Assembly: GCA_017499595.2 (NCBI GenBank)
Contig: CM038999.1
Span: 3,348,001 to 3,412,000 of the forward strand
DNA from: Psilocybe cubensis
Lineage: Eukaryota
Length of the DNA: 64,000 bases
Reading direction: 5' to 3'
The notes below the pieces were generated by a model. The model saw only the letters and a list, made by a program, of their open reading frames with translations, did no database searches and was not told where the DNA came from. Every line of letters begins with the position of its first letter. Positions within the stretch are counted from its first letter, which is position 1. Shown here in pieces: positions 52,101 to 62,431 of this stretch. A program made the translations under genes and the position numbers.

Positions 52101-52434
52101 AATTAAAGCACTTGCAATTCAGAAGCTTGGGCCACTGACTACTGCAGTTGAGAAAATTGCAATTGCAAAGAAATACTCATTCGGTTCGAACCACGAATGG
52201 CTTCTTCCTGCCTACACCGAACTCTGTTCGAGACGTTCGCCTCTTACATTAGAGGAGGCCGAAGAGCTGGACCTTCCTACCGTCATCAAGGTCTGGGAAG
52301 TACAGAACAGCATTCTCAATTTGACATACAGAGGCATATGCAACGACACACGGATCTCTGATTTGGTCAAGGAAAAGTTCGGCTTTACCAGTTATTCCTT
52401 CTGGGAATTTGGGCCCGACGGAACCCACATGTAA
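49106..52434 (+). CDS. Long Ser/Pro-rich protein with C-terminal BTB/POZ-like domain
   Basis: ~870 aa of low complexity, then YWFSDATVVFR|VEDCLYRVHRHFF, FERLLSIFYP, WTSILALGQKW and WLLPAYTELCSR, typical of agaric BTB proteins. Confidence 0.8.
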
Positions 52435-52816
52435 CAGCCCAGCCTCGTCTAAGCCTCCTCTGCTTTCTTCGTTCTTCATTGTGGATTTATGCTTTCTTGC
52501 TCGACACGCTCAACACTTTGGACATTAAAGATTTTTCCTTTGTTATCACGATATTCTATGCTTCTCGCTCTCTCTTTCTGACTTATATATTCACTCCACC
52601 GTCCATTCAACACCGCCCAAATCGAATATTTGTACAATATACATTTGATATGCATTGTAACACCACTGCTCTTGGCTACTTTGTACTCGCCCTAATCTCT
52701 TTCTGTCAGCTGGGTTCAATTTATACATTAGGGATACAGACAGTATACAGACCAAAAATGTCAAGAATTTCTGGGTTCCGCATTGTATGGTACACTTGCG
52801 GCTACATATTAATCGC

Positions 52817-53115
52817 TGGAAGGCTGTCGGGATCGGCAGCCTCACTCGCTGAAACAGAAGGGACAACGCTCTCTTCGTTGCGTAGCGTTCTAGTCAATAC
52901 ATGATGTGTAGTAAATTACTATAATATATTTACCTTCGTTGCGTAGCGTTCTAGTCAAGCAACGAAGGTCATTTGTTTCCCTTTTGTCTTTCGGTCTCAA
53001 TATCTTTGTAAGTTGATTAGCGAGACCCAATCTGGGCTCGCGTTTGTGCGCCGTTTTGTTGTGCGCGTCCGCCTGCGGTGCGTGTTTGCGTGTGTGGTAA
53101 GTCTCCAGGCTTACA
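52817..53115 (-). repeat. 3' LTR
   Basis: Identical by eye to 58161-58459. Confidence 0.96.
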
Positions 53116-53167
53116 CCCCTCCCCCCTCTGAAGAATTCCATCGTGAAAGGGTCTGTTCTCTATGGCG

Positions 53168-56100
53168 TTATTCGTCTTCTTTGTCCTCGGCCTCTTCCTC
53201 TTCCCATCTATCCAGTGCTTCATTCTCTTCAAGCATACGCCCTGGAAGCCACTCATCATGCTCCTTCCCAAATCCAGCCCATCGTACCAGATATTGCATC
53301 CCTCTACCACGTTTTCTCGCATCCACAATTTTCTCTATCACTGTCTCTTCCACCCCGTCCTCGGTTATCACTGTTGGTGGTCGTACCAATTCTCTGTCCG
53401 GAAATTTCTCTGGATCATTCGGCACGAATGGTTTTAAAAGGCTGGCATGGAACCCCGGGAACGTCTTTGGGTTGTTTGGTAACCTCAGTGTATATTCTGA
53501 TCGTTCGGGGAAGGCAGCCTCTACAACGTACGGTCCATCAAACCGTGGCATGAACTTTGCCACCCTTTTCTTCCCCTTCCGTTTGTAGTTGCGTCGCCGG
53601 TTCTTTGTAGAGAGCATTACCATATCGCCTGGTTGGTACACGATCTCGTTACCTCGCTGCTCATTTGCCTGAGCTGCTTGTCGGATCTTGGCTGTATGTA
53701 AGGCATCCTGCGCTTCCTTCACATCGATCTCAATTTTCCGAATGATCTCTCTTGCTGATGTTTCCACCATTGGTGCATCCTTGTTTGCCTTTGCCATTGT
53801 AGGAATAATCCGTGGAGATCGACCTGTCTTCAGTTGGAAACCCGAGTATCCTGTCGATGCATTTACTGTGTTCATCATTGCGAACCGAATGCGAGGGAGC
53901 TTGTCTAACCAGCCTTTTTGGTTTCTATCCACATAGTATCGTATTGCTTGATTGACGGTTTTATTTGTTCTCTCGCTCGCTCCATCGGTTTCTGGATGAT
54001 AGGCGGTCGACATCTTGATCTTTACATTCAAAATCTTGCATATTGCAGTCCATAGATCTGATGTAAAGATTGTGTCGCGATCACAGATTAATTCTTCCAT
54101 CAATCCATTTTCGCAAATCCAGTGGTCAACAACTTTGTGCGCAATTTGTTCTGTGGTCCATGAGGAGTGAGTTGCAATCAGTTGTATATCAGTACCTAAA
54201 CGGCAAGTCATCGTGAGTATTGTGTCGCGTTCCTTCTCCTCGGGCAATGGTCCAATAAAGTCCAATGCAACTGACGTGAGTCGTTTGTCTGGGACAGGAA
54301 GTGGGTGAAGTGGTCCTGTAGGTTTGGTTGTTCGGTCTTTGTTTCGCTGACATTCCGTGCACGAAGGAATATATGCCTTTTCGAGATCTCTTCGCATGTT
54401 AGGCCAGTAGTACGACCCGTGTAATGCTTCATACGATTTGTCAAATCCAAAATGACCCAAAACATCGTGAGCCAGATAATACAGTCGTTCTCGGATCTTC
54501 CTATCGTTTGGGATTACTAGTCTTTGTCCAAGATAAATCAGCCCTTCTTCTTCTCGTGCTCCTGTTAGACTGTGCTTTTGCATTCCATCTCGAAATTGCT
54601 TAACAAACGGATCGGCATCATACCCATCCTTTATTGCCTGTACAAACTCCTGGTCAATTTCAATAGATAACACTGATCCCACAAATCCTCTTGGGGCGCG
54701 ATTAGGGTTCCGTGTATAGGCCAATGCACAGGCTGCAAATCTTGAATTTGGCTCTTCGTCCGGCATCCTTGATAGGGCATCTGCTGCTACATTTTCCTCC
54801 CCTCGGATGTAACATATCTCGAAATCGAAATCTGCCATGTACATCGACCATCTCATCTGCCGACGTGACATCTCTTTCTGCGCCTGAAAATATTCCAATG
54901 TTCGGTGGTCAGTGTAGACTTCAAATTTGACCCCTAAAAGACTGCTGCGCCACTTTTTCAATGCTTTCACAATTGCCAGGAGTTCTTTTTCGTGTGTTGG
55001 ATAGTTCTTTTCTGCGTCTTTCAGCTGATATGAATCGTATGCAACTGGTCTTGCTGATTCCCAATCTTTTCCAAAACTCAAGACTGCACCTGTTCGCCTA
55101 TCGCTTGCATCTGTTGTCACGTAGATCTTCCCTTCAGGGTCATCGTAATCAATGACAGTGAGGCATTCCGCCCCTGTAACCAGTTCCTTGATTGCGTTAA
55201 AGGCTCGATCATGATCGGCGGTCCATTTGGGGAAGTCGCGATCGCATTCTTTGCTTGTCAGTGGTGATAAGATGCTAGTATGTTCCGCGAGCGCAGGGAG
55301 AAAGACAGCCAGATATCTTGTGAGTCCTAGAAATCCACGTACATTTGTTGCGTTTGTTGGTCGTGGCCATTTCTTGATTCGGTCTGTCTTTGCAGGGTCT
55401 GCGTGAATGCCGTTTGCGGAAATAACATGTCCCAGAAAGATAATTTCAGTTGCAAAAAGGACTGATTTCTTCGCATTACAATAAAGTCCCGCTTTCCGAA
55501 GCGCTTTCAAGACCTTTTCTACTCGTTCTGATAGTTGTTCCAAGGTGTCTGCCCAGATCACAATATCGTCTAGATAGACGTGACATACTTGTGCAATGAG
55601 TTCCCGTAATGCATCTGTCATTCGCCGTTGATGTGTAGCTGGCGCATTCTTCCCGCCCATTGGCATCACAACCCATTCGTATAGGCCCCATGGTGTACGC
55701 ACAGCTGTCAAGTGAATGTCGTCTGGGTGTACTCGTGTTTGGAAGAAACTGTTGGTCATGTCTAATTTTGCAAAGAATTTGCCTTTTCCACAGTCTGCAA
55801 GAATGTCATCTACTCGTGGAAGTGGAAATTTGTCAGATATAGTGTTCTTATTGATCTCCCGATAATCGTTTACCCATCGTGGTGGTACTGACAGGTCAGG
55901 TACTCCGTTTTTATACTTTGGAATGCAGAATGCTGGCGATGCATATTCAGATGAGGATGGTCGGATACGTCCCGCGGCCAGATGCTCGTCAAGAAGCTTC
56001 TTCCATGCATCGTGATATTTCTTTGGAGCAGCGTATCCTCGACCCGCATGTATCTTGTCTTTGTCCACCAATCGTATCCGGTGATATATGTGATCAGGAA

Positions 56101-57796
56101 TATCTACGTTGTCTGGTAGGCGGTCAGGAAAGCGATCTCGATATTTCTCTTTCATTTCTTTGTCCATGCGCAATAGCTTCTGCTGAAATTGAATGTTGCT
56201 GATTTGCTCATTAATCGCTGCTACCAACTGTTTTGCACGCTCTGGTTCGACCTGTGATCGCAGATGTTGTTCCTTTGCCATGGCCGATCTTCTCTGTTTG
56301 TCCTGATCTATCCCTGCGTCCGTCTTTAATCCCTCACAGATAGCAGTGCTCTTTGCAGCAAGAGTATCTCTTGTTGGTGGATTCATTAAATCATATCCAG
56401 AACGCTTATCAATAGCCGTTCGTTTCCGAGTATCAATGACTATATTTTCTGGGGAAAGAAATGACAATCCAAGTAGCAGCGGTATAGATAGGTTTTGATG
56501 AATCTTTGCTTTATGTGTCCGTGATATCCAGCTCCCGTTTCCTGATGCAACCCGAATCTTAACATACTCCCTGCATTCTAGCGGTGTATTGTCAATCGAT
56601 GACAAATTGTCCTCGGCGGGTGGTAGTGGATATCGGGGGAGGCCGAGCTGGGTGACGAGTGTCTCGTCAATCACTGTGGAAGGAGATCCCGTATCAAGCA
56701 TTGGTCGAATGCGAAGAGGAAAATCCACAACCGCTGGCCCCTCAATCTCCATAACTGGAAAGAGGTGCGGAACGGTCATAGACATGGTAGGGACGTACGA
56801 ATCAGAATCTGTCTCCTCGTCATGCACGGTATATGAGGAGGAAGCATTGATTTGCCCCACGGGCAAGGACTTCCTAGTGCCCTGCTCTTTGGCATCCTTC
56901 TCACGTTGTGCCTTTAATGCCATCTCTTCTGTAAGGGTCTTGTATCCGTTTGCTGTTGGCCATCCATTTGGGCAGTTCCTTGCGCGGTGGTTGACGTAAA
57001 ATCGACGGCATTTGGTACAGCCATTGTGATTGTCGAGTAATGTACGTTCTTCTGCTGTGATTTTAGGTAACAGTGGCCTTCGCACCCCATTATCGAACTC
57101 GCTGTTTGATGGTCGAGGGTTGGGATTTGGACTATCCGAGAGACGCAATAACAAGGATTTCTTGTCAAGCCTGCGTGCAGCCACTCGTGTTGCGTAGCTC
57201 GCATCGATTTGACGTTGGGTGCGTGCACGTTCCTCACGAAGGCGGTCGTCACGGTCCTTTACTTCCAGTGACCAGGCGGCTAATTCGGTGGCCTTGACTG
57301 GCTCGAATCCGAGCGACTCACGAAGCTCCTGGTTCAAGTGTGACTCGAGCTGTATCTTCAATGCTTCATTGGGGAAGGCGTACCCCTCTGGTGCCATCGT
57401 CTTCAAGATCGCATTCAAATTCTCCATTTCGATCTTCCAGTCGATGAAAATACGGTCGCCCTGATAGGACGTTAGGATCTGTTCACGGACTTTGTGAGCC
57501 CACTTCTTCTCCAACACGAGCACTTGAAGCTCCTCCAGATATTTCTCCAGCGGCAGTTCATCAATCCGTGTGGAATCTGCTTGATACCAAGCCACCAGTC
57601 TTGGTTCTTGCATTCCATCGGCCACAAACTTCACAACTTCTTTTGGCGACTTCGCTGCATGCTTCATGTATTTGCGGCAAGCAACCGCCCACTGCTGCAT
57701 TACCAGAGGATCAATCTTCCCTGGTGTGAGAATCGGTACGTCCTTCATCTTATTTTGGACAACCGTAGCGAGCGGTTTATCGTCATCGTTTGGCAT
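53168..57796 (-). CDS. Gag-Pol polyprotein (Gag, protease, RT, RNase H, integrase, chromodomain)
   Basis: CTKC..H..C knuckle, LDTGS protease, YLDD RT, TDAS RNase H, H-H-C-C and D,D-E integrase, GPY, and YLVRWAGFG chromodomain. First ATG at 57796; the frame is open to 58102. Confidence 0.95.
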   Translation of the reverse strand: MPNDDDKPLATVVQNKMKDVPILTPGKIDPLVMQQWAVACRKYMKHAAKSPKEVVKFVADGMQEPRLVAWYQADSTRIDELPLEKYLEELQVLVLEKKWAHKVREQILTSYQGDRIFIDWKIEMENLNAILKTMAPEGYAFPNEALKIQLESHLNQELRESLGFEPVKATELAAWSLEVKDRDDRLREERARTQRQIDASYATRVAARRLDKKSLLLRLSDSPNPNPRPSNSEFDNGVRRPLLPKITAEERTLLDNHNGCTKCRRFYVNHRARNCPNGWPTANGYKTLTEEMALKAQREKDAKEQGTRKSLPVGQINASSSYTVHDEETDSDSYVPTMSMTVPHLFPVMEIEGPAVVDFPLRIRPMLDTGSPSTVIDETLVTQLGLPRYPLPPAEDNLSSIDNTPLECREYVKIRVASGNGSWISRTHKAKIHQNLSIPLLLGLSFLSPENIVIDTRKRTAIDKRSGYDLMNPPTRDTLAAKSTAICEGLKTDAGIDQDKQRRSAMAKEQHLRSQVEPERAKQLVAAINEQISNIQFQQKLLRMDKEMKEKYRDRFPDRLPDNVDIPDHIYHRIRLVDKDKIHAGRGYAAPKKYHDAWKKLLDEHLAAGRIRPSSSEYASPAFCIPKYKNGVPDLSVPPRWVNDYREINKNTISDKFPLPRVDDILADCGKGKFFAKLDMTNSFFQTRVHPDDIHLTAVRTPWGLYEWVVMPMGGKNAPATHQRRMTDALRELIAQVCHVYLDDIVIWADTLEQLSERVEKVLKALRKAGLYCNAKKSVLFATEIIFLGHVISANGIHADPAKTDRIKKWPRPTNATNVRGFLGLTRYLAVFLPALAEHTSILSPLTSKECDRDFPKWTADHDRAFNAIKELVTGAECLTVIDYDDPEGKIYVTTDASDRRTGAVLSFGKDWESARPVAYDSYQLKDAEKNYPTHEKELLAIVKALKKWRSSLLGVKFEVYTDHRTLEYFQAQKEMSRRQMRWSMYMADFDFEICYIRGEENVAADALSRMPDEEPNSRFAACALAYTRNPNRAPRGFVGSVLSIEIDQEFVQAIKDGYDADPFVKQFRDGMQKHSLTGAREEEGLIYLGQRLVIPNDRKIRERLYYLAHDVLGHFGFDKSYEALHGSYYWPNMRRDLEKAYIPSCTECQRNKDRTTKPTGPLHPLPVPDKRLTSVALDFIGPLPEEKERDTILTMTCRLGTDIQLIATHSSWTTEQIAHKVVDHWICENGLMEELICDRDTIFTSDLWTAICKILNVKIKMSTAYHPETDGASERTNKTVNQAIRYYVDRNQKGWLDKLPRIRFAMMNTVNASTGYSGFQLKTGRSPRIIPTMAKANKDAPMVETSAREIIRKIEIDVKEAQDALHTAKIRQAAQANEQRGNEIVYQPGDMVMLSTKNRRRNYKRKGKKRVAKFMPRFDGPYVVEAAFPERSEYTLRLPNNPKTFPGFHASLLKPFVPNDPEKFPDRELVRPPTVITEDGVEETVIEKIVDARKRGRGMQYLVRWAGFGKEHDEWLPGRMLEENEALDRWEEEEAEDKEDE

Positions 57797-58160
57797 CTTG
57801 ACTCTGACAACGGTGGGATACCTAGGGTTGCGGCGATTGCGTCGATCTCTGATCGGATTGCTGATCGCGGTGGGAGTGTGTGTGTCGGTATGGTCTTCGT
57901 CCTCTGAGTTAGAGGTCGCTGAATCTGAGAAGCTGAGATTCACTGATGAGGCAGACGGTGACGGCGGTGGACCTTGGGGTTCAGTTCGTGGTTTGCGGAA
58001 AACAGTAAGGCCTGGAACAAGCTCTGAGGGTAATCCAAGCTCTTCTCGTCGTTGGGTCGACGCTCGAGTGGTCCGCGACGATTCGGTATACAGTGTGGGC
58101 AATTTACGGTAACGGTAACAGTGTGCGGCGGTGGTACGTAGTCGGCTTCAAAAAAAAAAG

Positions 58161-58459
58161 TGGAAGGCTGTCGGGATCGGCAGCCTCACTCGCTGAAACA
58201 GAAGGGACAACGCTCTCTTCGTTGCGTAGCGTTCTAGTCAATACATGATGTGTAGTAAATTACTATAATATATTTACCTTCGTTGCGTAGCGTTCTAGTC
58301 AAGCAACGAAGGTCATTTGTTTCCCTTTTGTCTTTCGGTCTCAATATCTTTGTAAGTTGATTAGCGAGACCCAATCTGGGCTCGCGTTTGTGCGCCGTTT
58401 TGTTGTGCGCGTCCGCCTGCGGTGCGTGTTTGCGTGTGTGGTAAGTCTCCAGGCTTACA
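58161..58459 (-). repeat. 5' LTR
   Basis: Identical by eye to 52817-53115. Confidence 0.96.
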
Positions 58460-58517
58460 ATCGCTAGCATTGGCAATGGGGCTGGAAGGGTGTGCGCCCT
58501 TCATCACAAATTCAACA

Positions 58518-58603
58518 TCGGGTATGGTGTAACGGCTAACATTGCCGCCTCTCATGATTTATCCAGATCGCGGCAGCTCGGGGTTCGATTCCCCGTATCC
58601 GAA
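58518..58603 (+). tRNA. tRNA-Glu(CTC) with 14-nt intron
   Basis: Same mature sequence except one acceptor-stem C>T (G:U pair); intron TGATTTATCCAGAT; followed by T4. Confidence 0.92.
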
Positions 58604-59015
58604 TTTTGCTAGTAAGGTATCCGGTTCAAACCATGTTTTTAAATATTCTTTGAGTGGATCAAGTGAGGTCAAGTGGGTGGTGGGGCATTGAAGTTATATA
58701 TGTGGTACCGTGCAGGATATACTACCTTTGAGATTTCCTCATCTTTTTCTGCTACTAGCTAGACCACTCAGAGTTACGCAGAATAAGTAATAACATTGGA
58801 GAGTCTGCGGTATATTTTCAACAATATGTGTATGTAACGTCCTTTTCACCAGTGATCAGGTCGTGAGAAATGTTGTTGACACCACCACGTGTCAAAATTC
58901 AACTTATTGTGTCAGGAGGCACGCCGTCATCTCAACGTATCCAAAATTCAATTCAGTCTTGATACATGCACGCAGCACAACTACATAGTTTCAACTCTGA
59001 TATTCTCTCCCCGTG

Positions 59016-61658
59016 ATGAATTCCATCCCACCGTGGTATGTTGAGTTTCACTCTCCTCTGGTGATTTGCTTGACCTGGACCCGGGTTGATTTTGTTTCCT
59101 CTTAAGCATGAACTCAACCACTGGCAACCACATCGGAGAGCAGACGAACTGGTGTGTAATCGTAGAGAAAGGCTTTAAAAGGAGAATTGCTGAAGCGATA
59201 TCTTATAGCTATGAAAGAAATTCTAATGGCACCGATCTGAGACCCATTATTTCAATCAAGATGGACAGGGAGACCGTTAAAGTGCCAATTGACTCCTTTA
59301 TCAAGTCATATCTACCTTTTGTTCCAAGTCAGGAGGCCATTGATCTCATTAAAAAGAATTTCGCACTTCCATCCAGTGGGGCATTTACGACTACATCAAA
59401 TGGGTCCCAGCAAGTTGCTTGTTTATTTTTGCAAAAAATTGCTCAGTATGTTTCTTCGATTGATAATCTCATTCCAGGACGTGAACACAATGAATATCAT
59501 TATCGACAAGTCTCTTCGAACACAATGAAGTCAGAAATCGATGGGTCCACTAACAGCCTCGACGCCTGCTTAATGCAGGGGGAGGAGTCTGCGACGCCGT
59601 CCACACATAACATTGCAGTCGTTATAGAGCCCAACCACCGACAGGCAATCTTGGCCAACATTCAGATTATGAACGATGACATCCGTCGAATGTTCACATA
59701 TGCGGTTCGCCCGTGTCTTTCTACTGCACCTGCTGTGATTCTTACATTTTACAGATCATCATTGAGGCAGATTTGGTTACTTTGTGGTACCACTCACGAT
59801 CTCACTCCGCTGTGTCTGAACCGTTCAGTGTAGTCAAAGTAAGTGTTGGCAAATGTGTACCTGATCCTCGCATTCAAGGACATAATTTTCATAGGAACCA
59901 CAGCTGCTGCTCAAGGTTTTTATCTTGTTCCTATTTGCAAGTAGAGAGGAGCTGGGGTATGACCCAAAAGTCGTGCACATTTCGAAAGAGCAGTATGTTT
60001 TCCGCGGTATCCCCAACGTCAAAGATCGGAATGTTCTCGAGACTTACAAAATTGTTGGCACAATTTCGAAAGCTGGAGTCAACAGCTTCACAGGTCAAAT
60101 GACCCGCCTCTTCAAGGTCGTCAAACTCAATCCCATTACGGGCAAATATGGAACCAAAATATACGTGCTCAAAGATGTTTGGATAGATGAAACCGTTCAA
60201 ACAGAAAAGGCACTCCAAGATGCAATTTTCAGCAATATCAAAAAATTTTGGTCTACTAGGAGGACCCCTCGAGCACTAAGTATTTTCTTTCCATCGAGAA
60301 TGAATACGAGGGGGCTCTAACCAAACCTTTTGCGGAGGGCTTTTATCCTATAAGACTGGAAGACAACAGTATTGAGACCTCAGCAAGTCATGCAAATGCC
60401 TCTCTTCGGACCCATGTAATGGACAATGCATTCCGCAGAAGCTCGGTTTACGATAAGTTCTCCCAAATCGATTATACTCCCAAAAAGCAGTGTCGACTGG
60501 TGTTCAACGAGCTGTGTACCACAGTCGGACACCTCCAGACTTTAGGAGAAGTGATTGATGTTTTGTTCCAAGCCTTGATTCGTATGTTGCCCTCACTTTT
60601 AATTCGCAATCTTTATGCTCATTGTTGCCTTAGCACTCGAAATGATGCTCTGTGCCGGTTGGGTTCACCGGGATATTAGTTCAGGCAATGTATTGGCATA
60701 TCGAAAGAATCTCGATAATCCCAAACAGCCTTGGAGCATGGTACTAGGCGATCTTGAATATGCAAAGAAGTACCCGCCTCTCAAACAGTTGTCCAGCTCT
60801 TCTGACTTCAGGGTAGTACGTTATATCTCAATATTTGAAATTGAGTATACATGTCGATTAATAATTGGTTGTAAGCAGGGCACCCCGTACTTCATGCCTA
60901 TTGAAATCATGATGCAACGTAGTCTGTTCGACCGTAATCAAGAAAACGTTGTAACCAAGGCCATTAAAAAATCGAACGCCAGGAAGTCCCACCTTGAGCA
61001 AGTTTCCCCTCTGGATCTTGGATCGTCCGATAGTGATGACTACGATGACTATGCTCGGTTCAAAGAGGATACACTTTCTGGCCCTAAAAATGCGACCACC
61101 GTCACTTGGAATGGTATTGTGCATAATTTCCAACATGACTGGGAATCTATATGGTGGCTCATTCTCTGGACCATTACTTCTCGTGTCAATGATGCACCTG
61201 AAGATACAAAATCCTATGCTCGACAAATATTTCAGAACAGCGTTGAGGCCTCTCCACGAAGACAAAAGGTATTCATGGAATCAATCCAACCGGATCTCGA
61301 AGAGCATCTGGGCCCGCTGGCAAGTTATTTTGCAGGACCAATGGATCATATGCGCAAGGCCATGTACAAGCAATACGTACTTTGTGAAATGAGAGAAGAA
61401 CTTGCCAATGTATCTTCCTATACCCCAGTTACGGTTTCTTTCAGATCATTTTTCATTGATATACTTGAACATAAAGACAAATGGTCATCTACTAGATTGG
61501 ACATGCAAGATCAGTATATCGAGCTGTTGGATCGTAAACGACCTCTTCCGGATGATATCGACAATAATGCTGTACGTGACGCCACCAGCAAGAGATATAA
61601 GGCAAAATATTACAACTCGCAAGGATCCAGCAGTGGCGGCGATGGGTCTGCCAAATAA
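59016..61658 (+). pseudogene. Diverged FunK1 kinase (K59) with deletion/frameshift near 60277
   Basis: Motifs IMNDDIRRMFT, ELGYDP, VLKDVW, GWVHRDISSGN, LGDLEYAKK, GTPYFMPIE and HNFQHDWES. The frame changes between KKFWSTRRTPRA and KYFLSIE with no evident intron. Confidence 0.75.
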
Positions 61659-62431
61659 TCCTCCTTCTGCCACCCTCTTAGCCAAATGGATGGGCTCCTT
61701 TTGCTCTCACACTTCTTTTGCATACTACATGGCGCATGGCTTCGTTATGTCTTCAAACGTAGACAATCTTAAAGTTGCAAAAGAGATTGATTTTTCTTAA
61801 TTTATACAGATCACAGTGGCATTTATCATTGATACACTGATACTACCAATTGTATTTGACGCCTTGTTCCCCTAGCACATACATGAATACGTGAACAGCT
61901 AGTATACTTTGAGTGCATCAATTTGTCTACCAACGGACAACGGCTTTGTTTGGGTCAGAATGCTTACGTTTTACGGTTTCATGCGGGTAGGTTACTGGTT
62001 TGTTCAAGTGGTTTAATCGCTCTAATGATCAAAATTGTCTTCACTGGTGCGGTGACCTGCAACGCAGCAACCCTCAGTTAAATGAAATCCTCAGTCTAAA
62101 TGGTTAGACTCCTTGCAGTTCGTCCCTATAAATTGTATCACATCGCCTCCTACGTACTTGGATTTGTATCTAAAGTTGGCCTTGTGGTTGTTCGCTTGTT
62201 GACACTTGCACACCAATTGAATCTTCTTTTTCAAAAGTAACGTTGTTTGGGCATGCCAGTGCGAAGAACAGGCTGCGCAATATCTTGAAGAAGCCGTTCT
62301 CCGTTTTGTCATTATGATTTATGAAGAGACGTTTTGGATATAAAGGTGCACACTTTGATTTCTAGTTCAATATTCCTCGACCACACCTGATCGGTGTCCC
62401 TTGTTTTTTGTTGGCATTTTTTGTGATTTTG

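Larger units (their letters stand above)
52817..58459 (-). mobile_element. Full-length Ty3/Gypsy chromovirus LTR retrotransposon
   Basis: 299-bp TG...CA LTRs (52817-53115, 58161-58459), 5-bp TSD ATCGC, polypurine tract at 53116-53129, and an intact single ORF. Confidence 0.97.

Noticed and set aside
53013-58112. Many plus-strand ORFs within the retrotransposon
   Set aside because: They are antisense shadows of gag-pol with no recognisable motifs.
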